From positions 1 to 37,789 of the forward strand of contig CALGUT010000457.1 of assembly GCA_937920335.1 (NCBI GenBank): a stretch of DNA of 37,789 nucleotides, given 5' to 3'. Below the pieces are notes generated by a model. It worked only from the letters and a program-made list of their open reading frames with translations. It was not told the origin of the DNA and ran no database searches. The DNA is from an uncultured Opitutales bacterium (GTDB lineage: Bacteria; Verrucomicrobiota; Verrucomicrobiia; Opitutales; UBA2995). This document shows positions 30,630 to 37,789 of this stretch, piece by piece (the stretch's first letter is position 1; each line of letters opens with the position of its first letter). A program made the translations under genes and the position numbers.

Positions 30630-31871
30630 ATGACTCGCAGGGACGCTTTAAAAACCCTCGGTATCAGCGCTAGCACACTGGCGCTAGGCGGCTATCAAGC
30701 TACCGCCCAAGGTTTCGCCAAGAACGAGACTATGAATATTGGACTCATTGGTTGCGGCGGTCGTATGCGACGAGCACTTGTCCCCGGGTTGGCAAACCTA
30801 CCGGGAACCAAGATCACAGCCGTTTGCGACGTGTATGACGATTTTCTTAATTCCGCTCATGTGGTAGTCGGCGGCCGCGATCGAGACGTGTTTAAAACAA
30901 CCCGCCATGAAGAATTGATGGCCCGCAAAGACATCGACGCGGTCATCATAGCCACCCCCGACCACTGGCACGCTCCGATCACCATCGACGCGGTCGAGGC
31001 AGGAAAACATGTCTATGTCGAGAAACCAGTGACTCACAAACTGGAAGAAGGTGAACAACTCATTCAGGCGGTTCGCCGATCTGGTAAGAAAGTCCAGGTC
31101 GGTGCCCAACAACGATCAATGCCTCACCTTACGGTATTAAAAAAGCGGCTGGATTCAGGAGCTATCGATATCGGAAAAATAACGCGTGTCCACATGCAGT
31201 GGTGCCGAAATATCGGTGCCTACTCCGGAGATCCTAAATACCGGATCACCGAAGATCAGGTCGACTGGAAACGCTTCCTCGGTAATGCCCCAGATCAACC
31301 CTTCAATGCTTTGAGAATGCGTAGTTGGCGCTGGATCTGGGATTTTGGAAACGGTCCGCTCGGTGATCTCATGGTCCATTGGCTGGATGCTACCAACTGG
31401 CTCCTCGAACTTCCCCTCCCGAGCCAGGTCGTAATGACAGGCGGAAAGTACCATCGCAAAGGGAGTCTGGAAACCCCCGATATAACCAACTGCACAATGG
31501 ACTTTCCTGAACTCGACCTGCAGATGGACTATGTGAGCTCGTGGAGTAACAATTTTATGAAAGCCTGTACTGTTATCATGGGTACGGAAGCGACGATCTA
31601 CTTTGACCGCGGACGCTACGAAGTTATTCCACAAGGAGCCGGGACGGAACCGGTGAAACCTGTATCGGAATCCAATATCGCCAGTAAAGGCGCCAGAGGA
31701 GCCGACTTCTTTAGCGACTACAATGGAGAGACCTTACACCTGGGTGACTGGCTCCAAGCCATCCGCGACGATCGAGATCCACTCGATACCATCGAAGCAG
31801 GCGTCCAGGCTGCCGCCAGCTGTCACTACGGAAACACTTCCTACAAAGAAAAACGATTCGTCCAAGTATAA
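30630..31871 (+). CDS. Gfo/Idh/MocA family oxidoreductase, Tat-exported
   Basis: TRRDALK, IGLIGCGGR, IATPDHWH, YVEKP, GDLMVHWLD. Alternative start at 30588. Confidence 0.92.
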   Translation: MTRRDALKTLGISASTLALGGYQATAQGFAKNETMNIGLIGCGGRMRRALVPGLANLPGTKITAVCDVYDDFLNSAHVVVGGRDRDVFKTTRHEELMARKDIDAVIIATPDHWHAPITIDAVEAGKHVYVEKPVTHKLEEGEQLIQAVRRSGKKVQVGAQQRSMPHLTVLKKRLDSGAIDIGKITRVHMQWCRNIGAYSGDPKYRITEDQVDWKRFLGNAPDQPFNALRMRSWRWIWDFGNGPLGDLMVHWLDATNWLLELPLPSQVVMTGGKYHRKGSLETPDITNCTMDFPELDLQMDYVSSWSNNFMKACTVIMGTEATIYFDRGRYEVIPQGAGTEPVKPVSESNIASKGARGADFFSDYNGETLHLGDWLQAIRDDRDPLDTIEAGVQAAASCHYGNTSYKEKRFVQV

Positions 31872-31884
31872 CCTAATTTCCAAT

Positions 31885-33555
31885 ATGAGAACCATTCTAT
31901 TAAGATCTTACTCCGCCTTCATAATCCTCCTACTCAGCGTTCTCAGCCTAGCTGCCGACGAGCGCCCCAACATCCTGATTATTATGTCAGACGATATGGG
32001 GTTTTCGGACCCGGGTTTCCAGGGAAGTGAAATTGAGACTCCCAATCTGGATCGCCTCGCGAACAACGGCCTTACCTTTACCAATTTCTACAATTGCGCC
32101 CGTTGCGGACCCACCCGGGCAAGTATATCGACCGGTCTCTATAGCCACCAAGTCGGTTGCTACGAGCTCGAGCCTGTCGAGCCCGGAAACAATGTGTTCA
32201 TTTCCGAACTACTCGATGACCACGGCTACAAGACCTACATGTCCGGCAAATGGCACCTGGGAAATACTCCCGACAAGCTACCCCCGGCACGAGGTTACGA
32301 TCACTCCTATGCTTATGAAGGTTGCTGCGGTAGTTTCTGGGATCCAGAGATCTATATCCTCGAGTCGCCAGACGTAGAGCCCATCGATTATTCCATTGAG
32401 GAATTCCACGCCACCGACGCAACGACGGACTACGCAGTCAAGTTCCTCGAACACCATGAAACCAACGACGCTGAAGATCCTTTTTTCCTCTATCTCGCCT
32501 ATCAGGCTCCCCATTTCCCCTTGCACGCACCCCAAGACCTTATTGAAAAATACATTCCCACTTACGAAGCTGGCTGGGATATTGTCAGACAGCGTCGCTG
32601 GGAAAAAATGAAACGTCTGGGTCTGTTTTCGGACATCGATACCCTTCCACCCACGTCGGACGCACCCCCCTGGCACGACGAATTCGCGGACCCCGCACCG
32701 CTTGAAACCTGGGATAGCCTCACTCCCGAACAACAACATGATCAGGCCCGTCGCATGGCTATTTTCGCTGCTATGATGGACCAGATGGATCAGGGAATTG
32801 GAAAAGTACTGGATCAACTGGATTCCATGGGCGAGCTGGACAATACCTTTATCTTCTTCCTCTCCGACAACGGCGCCAACTACGAGGGCGGACCTTTCGG
32901 CAGCGACGGACCCTTTTCAGGAGCTGCGCTCGAATACATGGGGCAAGCGGGTACTCGCCATCACACCGGCGCGCACTGGGCAGCCGTCAGCAATACGCCT
33001 TTTAAGCTCTATAAACACTTCAACCACGAAGGTGGCATTAACACCCCCATGGTCGTTCACTGGCCAGACGGTTTAAAGCGCAAGGGCGAGTACGAAACCC
33101 AACGAAGCCACGTGATCGACGTCATGGCCACAATCGTAGATGTGACAGGGTCCACCTATCCCACCAAGCGAAATGGCAACCATATCTTGCCCATGGAGGG
33201 AACCACCCTCATGCCAGCACTGAGCGGCGGTGAGCTTGCTGACCGCGTGATTGCCTTCGAACACGAGGCCAACCGCGCCATCTTCAAGGATCAATACAAG
33301 CTGGTTTCCAAAAACTTCACCTCTACCGATGGCGGGACTCACCACGATTGGGAGCTCTACGATATCGATAAAGATCCACTTGAGCAGAATAACATCGCTT
33401 CAGACCATTATTTCGACCTGGTGATTCCCATGGCGCGCGAATGGCACGCCTGGGCCACTCGGACGGACGGAATTGTCGGCTACGAACGCTGGATGTTGAA
33501 ACTCCAACATTACTGGAAAACAGGCTCCAGGACCTATCTGAACGACGAGTTTTAA
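31885..33555 (+). CDS. Arylsulfatase (AtsA-like S1), secreted
   Basis: Start MRTILL (31885) with signal peptide. RPNILIIMSDDMGFSD, CGPTR, GKWHLG, APHFPLHA, LSDNG. Confidence 0.92.
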   Translation: MRTILLRSYSAFIILLLSVLSLAADERPNILIIMSDDMGFSDPGFQGSEIETPNLDRLANNGLTFTNFYNCARCGPTRASISTGLYSHQVGCYELEPVEPGNNVFISELLDDHGYKTYMSGKWHLGNTPDKLPPARGYDHSYAYEGCCGSFWDPEIYILESPDVEPIDYSIEEFHATDATTDYAVKFLEHHETNDAEDPFFLYLAYQAPHFPLHAPQDLIEKYIPTYEAGWDIVRQRRWEKMKRLGLFSDIDTLPPTSDAPPWHDEFADPAPLETWDSLTPEQQHDQARRMAIFAAMMDQMDQGIGKVLDQLDSMGELDNTFIFFLSDNGANYEGGPFGSDGPFSGAALEYMGQAGTRHHTGAHWAAVSNTPFKLYKHFNHEGGINTPMVVHWPDGLKRKGEYETQRSHVIDVMATIVDVTGSTYPTKRNGNHILPMEGTTLMPALSGGELADRVIAFEHEANRAIFKDQYKLVSKNFTSTDGGTHHDWELYDIDKDPLEQNNIASDHYFDLVIPMAREWHAWATRTDGIVGYERWMLKLQHYWKTGSRTYLNDEF

Positions 33556-33739
33556 CCTGTTGCCAAAGACAATAGAGGCACAAACGTTTCTGGAGGATCC
33601 ACCACCACTACCGCCCAATCGAGTTTCAATTCGTAGGAATACGCTGCCAAAGCTGATCGGCATCCGCATTCTCCAAACCCAAGCCGTATTTACTTAAATC
33701 CAAGCCTTATCCGCAGCCTGGATCGGTGAAAATTACCCT

Positions 33740-33768
33740 TTGACAATTGATTGGTTTAACAAAATATT
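33740..33768 (+). promoter_or_regulatory. Candidate sigma70 promoter for the TBDR
   Basis: TTGACA (33740-33745), 17-nt spacer, AATATT (weak -10). Confidence 0.4.
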
Positions 33769-34013
33769 CGCAACCATTCTTAATTTGGAGACCGTAACTC
33801 TAAAATTCGTCTTTAGAAAACCTTAATCTATGAGGAGCCAAAAGCGCTCCCAAACTACTACTACATCAACCAGCCATTCGGTCTTATAGAGTCCGATAGC
33901 CGATTAGCTGCATAAAGAGGCCTAGCCCTTACTATAAAAAGGGTTTCGCTACTCGTGTCCCGGGATGCTTCATGCACTCCCGTAGAGTATTTTTTCTACT
34001 AACCACAAACTAT

Positions 34014-37000
34014 ATGAATAAACTACTACTATGGTCCAGGCTATGGATGCTTGGCTTGTTATCAGTGGCTTTGCCGCTCGCCGCTCAGGCGCAAGATGAA
34101 GACGAAGAGGATGTATTCGAACTGAGCCAGTTCTCGGTCGAAGCCAGTGAAGATGACGGCTATATGGCCCAAACTACACTCGCGGGTTCCCGGATTCGCT
34201 CAAGTGTTCGAGAAATCGGTGCTTCCCTAGCGATCGTCACTCAGGAGTTCCTCGAAGATACCGGAGCGACCGATGGTGAATCACTACTCGGTTTCGTTGG
34301 AAACGTTGAGGTTGGCGGAAGTCTTGGTAACTTCGCCAACTCAAACGGAGGCACCAGCACAGCTGAGACTCGCGAGAATCCCCAACGTGGACAACGGATT
34401 CGGGGTCTCGTTAGCGCGATTACGACTCGGGATTATTTCCAGACGGATATCCCCTTCGATTCTTACAACACCACTCGTGTAACGGTTAACAGAGGTCCCA
34501 ACTCGATCCTGTTCGGTCTCGGCTCTCCCGGAGGCGTTATCAATAACAGCACCGCCAAAGCACAAATCGGAACCGATACCGGAGAACTCCGTATCCGTGT
34601 CGATCACCGTGGCGGTCACCGTGAAAGCTTGAACGTCAACAAGACCCTCGTTGAGGATCGCCTCGCAATCCGCGTGGCCGTATTGAACGAAAACGTAAAA
34701 TGGAAGCAAGAACCCGCTTATGAGAGCGACGATCGTTTCTTCGTCGCGTGGGACTCCGTGCTTCTTGAAAACGAAGGAGTCGATTGGTTGGGAAAAACCC
34801 GTTTCCGTGGTAGCTTCGAGCATGGTGAAATCGACCGGAATGCTCCAGACGTCATTCCCCCTACCGATGGATTTTCAGGTTGGTGGAACGGACTTGGAGA
34901 CCAAGAAGATGTTAACCGCATCCTCTCAGTTCCAGGTGTAGATTTTTCTGACATTTCCGACCAGGCACTCACCCAACAACAGGTGATCGCAGCTATCAAC
35001 GGCGGATTTGGACAACTTCCACCTGACTATACCGGAACGATTGAAGAATTCGCAGCGGTTGAGGGTCAATTTGTTCCCAGAACCACGATGGACCGTTTCA
35101 AACGAGGCAATCCACTCGGTGACGACCCCACACAAGGTGGGATCAACAGCGCATCAGCTCGGGTTCCTTACTTCCTCTACCCAGCGATCAACTACAATTC
35201 CTATAACGAGGGTGTTCCTGGTTACAGTGATCCTGCGTTGGCTGGATTTCAAGGTATCATGGGCCGCTTCCGTCCCAATGGTTTTGCGACACAGGATGTG
35301 CGCTGGAGTAACACGCCCACAGGTGGATCCGGATTTCAGCAGCCTTCTCTCAATAACAGAGATGTATTCGACTACCACAACCTGAACTTCCCTGGAATCA
35401 CCAGTGAGGTTATCCGTGACTTCGACATTAAGACCTTCGTCCTGGAACAGGACTTCCTGGACGGCAGAATCGGCCTCGAGCTCGCCTACGATGAGCAGAA
35501 CGAAGAGCGTTTCACACGCACTCCGTTCGATGCTGGCGGAGACAAGACCATCAACATCGATATCACTCAAAACCAGCCTACCGGTGACTCCAACTACGAT
35601 GGAATCGCAGATCGTCACCCCAATGAAAACCTCGGGCGTCCCGTGGTTGCCTACTTGGGAACGAACGATAGCGAACGCATCAACGAACAGGAGACCTTCC
35701 GCGCTACCGTATTTGGAAATCTTAATTTCAATGATTTCTTTGATGGAAAGCTTGGAAAGATCCTTGGCGATCACACATTCACCGGTCTCTACGAAGACCG
35801 TGATAACTTTTTCTGGGAGAAAAGTTACCGTGGAGCCTGGTGGTCAGACAACGGCACCTGGCCGGGAAGTGCAGCCGTCTCTAATGGTCTTAGCGATAAC
35901 TTCCGCAGACAAGTAAGAAGCCAGATTTATATCGGTGATGACGTCCGTGGGTTGTCCAGTGCAGATCAAGTTCGCATTGACGGACCAATCAACATTACGA
36001 AAGAGCAGTTCCCTCAAATCGGGGACGAATTCGGCGTCTGGTACTTCAACAACGCCGGCAACATCGACTCTGACGTCCAGGACACTTGGAGAGTTATCGA
36101 AAACGTAGCAGGCGGAAACACCCAGCTCACTCAGCTGGAGTCTACTGCCTACAGTCTACAAAGTCGTTTCTTCGATGGCCACATCGTCGGTATGTATGCT
36201 CAACGGACGGATGAACAAACCGTTTTCCAGCGCATTCAGGAAAACACGAATTATGGTGATCCAGATGCCCCCGGAGTCATTCCTTTAAGAGTTGATGCCC
36301 CCGGCATTCAGGAAATAGACGGTTCATTCAACCTTCGCCTGCTTGAGCTCGAGCCTGAGCCTGCGACCATTGCTAAAGACGATACCACCACCTGGAGTGT
36401 AGTGGCTAAGTTCCCGGAAATATTCTTTGAACTTCCATTTGGAGCCAACCTGTCTGGTCACTATTATGAGGCTGAAAGCTTTGTCCCTGCTGGTATTTCC
36501 AATAACGTCCTGAATCAACCGTTGGCCAGTCCGTTTGGAATCACTGAAGAATATGGATTTACCTTGGAGCTCTTTGAGTCTCGCCTGGCGATCCGTTTCA
36601 ACAAATTCGAAACCTCCAGTGCCAATAACCGCACCAACTTGGGTGGAGCACTCGGCAATATCTCGGGTCGTATCGACTTCTACCTCGATCGGATCACTTC
36701 CGCTGAAAACTCTGGCCTTAACTTGTATCCAGATGGTTTCAATGGCTTTGGTGTTGCACCCGATCCAGATACTGATGCGACTCTTTTCCCAAATACGGTT
36801 CCTGATAATCGCCAACGTATTAGCGGAACCGATGCGGACGTTGCTGGTTTCATGACCTACGACGAGTATTACAACGCCATCATTGGTGCCGTTTTGCCAG
36901 AATTGCAGGCTGTAAAGAATCACCGCGTCGAATTCCTCGAAAGTGGAGAACGTGTAGACGGAAGCGATCCTATCCGTGGACTGAACTCCACTCAGGACTT

Positions 37001-37691
37001 CGTAGCGACTGGAACTGAAATCGATATCGTAGGTCGTCTTACCGACAACCTCAGTATCTCTTTCAACTTCGCTGAGCAGCAAACCGTAACCTCCAATACA
37101 GGTCCCGTAGCTATCGAACTGGCCTTCCGCCAGGCTGAAGCACTGCAAAAAGCACTGCCTTCTTCCCCGGATGGATGGGCATTGTGGAATCTGCGGGCTT
37201 CTCCGTTCCAGGTTGAGTCTGATCAGATCGGTGTTCGTTACGAAAACAATGTGTTACGGCAACTGCGTATTCAACAAGGTTTGGACGGAACTCAGAATCC
37301 TGAGCAACGGAAATACCGCGCAAACATGACGCTTCGTTATGACTTCCTTGAAGGAAATCTACGTGGCCTGCAAGTGGGTGGTAGCTTACGTTACCAGGAT
37401 GCGATCTCTGCTGGTTATCCAAACAAGCTCGCGGATGACGGTGTAACCGTTCTTCCAGATATTGAGAATGCGTTCTTCGGACCCGACTCTATTGACGGAG
37501 ATTTGTTCGTTCGTTACCGCAAGAAACTAACTGACAAGATCGACTGGACTATCCAGCTCAATGCGCGGAACCTATACCGCAGCAATGGATCGGATGACAT
37601 CCCGGTTACGATCAATCCAGATGGATCTGTCGCTATCATCCGGGTTCCGGTTGAACAGCAATACTTCCTCTCTAATACCTTCAGTTTCTAA
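34014..37691 (+). CDS. TonB-dependent receptor (Opitutae-type, large)
   Basis: Signal peptide; EDVFELSQFSV...GYMAQTTLAGSR; plug RGPNSILFGLGSPGGVIN; C-terminal IQLNARNL...SNTFSF ending in Phe. Confidence 0.92.
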   Translation: MNKLLLWSRLWMLGLLSVALPLAAQAQDEDEEDVFELSQFSVEASEDDGYMAQTTLAGSRIRSSVREIGASLAIVTQEFLEDTGATDGESLLGFVGNVEVGGSLGNFANSNGGTSTAETRENPQRGQRIRGLVSAITTRDYFQTDIPFDSYNTTRVTVNRGPNSILFGLGSPGGVINNSTAKAQIGTDTGELRIRVDHRGGHRESLNVNKTLVEDRLAIRVAVLNENVKWKQEPAYESDDRFFVAWDSVLLENEGVDWLGKTRFRGSFEHGEIDRNAPDVIPPTDGFSGWWNGLGDQEDVNRILSVPGVDFSDISDQALTQQQVIAAINGGFGQLPPDYTGTIEEFAAVEGQFVPRTTMDRFKRGNPLGDDPTQGGINSASARVPYFLYPAINYNSYNEGVPGYSDPALAGFQGIMGRFRPNGFATQDVRWSNTPTGGSGFQQPSLNNRDVFDYHNLNFPGITSEVIRDFDIKTFVLEQDFLDGRIGLELAYDEQNEERFTRTPFDAGGDKTINIDITQNQPTGDSNYDGIADRHPNENLGRPVVAYLGTNDSERINEQETFRATVFGNLNFNDFFDGKLGKILGDHTFTGLYEDRDNFFWEKSYRGAWWSDNGTWPGSAAVSNGLSDNFRRQVRSQIYIGDDVRGLSSADQVRIDGPINITKEQFPQIGDEFGVWYFNNAGNIDSDVQDTWRVIENVAGGNTQLTQLESTAYSLQSRFFDGHIVGMYAQRTDEQTVFQRIQENTNYGDPDAPGVIPLRVDAPGIQEIDGSFNLRLLELEPEPATIAKDDTTTWSVVAKFPEIFFELPFGANLSGHYYEAESFVPAGISNNVLNQPLASPFGITEEYGFTLELFESRLAIRFNKFETSSANNRTNLGGALGNISGRIDFYLDRITSAENSGLNLYPDGFNGFGVAPDPDTDATLFPNTVPDNRQRISGTDADVAGFMTYDEYYNAIIGAVLPELQAVKNHRVEFLESGERVDGSDPIRGLNSTQDFVATGTEIDIVGRLTDNLSISFNFAEQQTVTSNTGPVAIELAFRQAEALQKALPSSPDGWALWNLRASPFQVESDQIGVRYENNVLRQLRIQQGLDGTQNPEQRKYRANMTLRYDFLEGNLRGLQVGGSLRYQDAISAGYPNKLADDGVTVLPDIENAFFGPDSIDGDLFVRYRKKLTDKIDWTIQLNARNLYRSNGSDDIPVTINPDGSVAIIRVPVEQQYFLSNTFSF

Positions 37692-37711
37692 TTTAAACAG
37701 AAGCTTATTTC

Positions 37712-37744
37712 AAAACCCCTGCTGGAAACGGCAGGGGTTTTTTT
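37712..37744 (+). terminator. Rho-independent terminator
   Basis: AAAACCCCTGCTG-GAAA-CGGCAGGGGTTTTTTT directly after the TBDR stop. Confidence 0.9.
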
Positions 37745-37789
37745 GTGTCCAGGTTTCAGGCTTATCCGAGGCCAGAAACACTGCTTCTA

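Overview
Bacterial genomic window, most likely Verrucomicrobiota (Opitutales-like). This is inferred from a PVC-type heme-binding dehydrogenase, an Opitutae-style TonB-dependent receptor and three sulfatases. The window is mostly carbohydrate catabolism. 1-10306 is an L-rhamnose locus: class II aldolase, rhaEW-type aldolase/dehydrogenase, rhaB and lutABC on the minus strand, divergent from a DeoR regulator and rhaA. After it come vapB with a deleted vapC, an SDR, a sulfatase, a GH2 beta-galactosidase, a B12-type radical SAM protein, a Tat dehydratase, a GMC oxidoreductase pair, further sulfatases, a PVC heme protein, a Gfo/Idh/MocA oxidoreductase and a TBDR. The unusual signal is in 89-7403. 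A GxxExxY nuclease-family gene sits between lutB and lutC, bracketed by inverted periodic repeats. It is itself interrupted three times by related TTCCG...CGGA(A/C) hairpin mini-elements: two 48-nt in-frame insertions and one 133-135-nt composite. The 543-nt gap between lutB and lutA is a co-oriented mosaic array of several short repeat families, and every other gap of the operon carries a periodic repeat. Together these suggest that small palindromic elements and nuclease cassettes repeatedly colonise operon junctions. No database searches were run.
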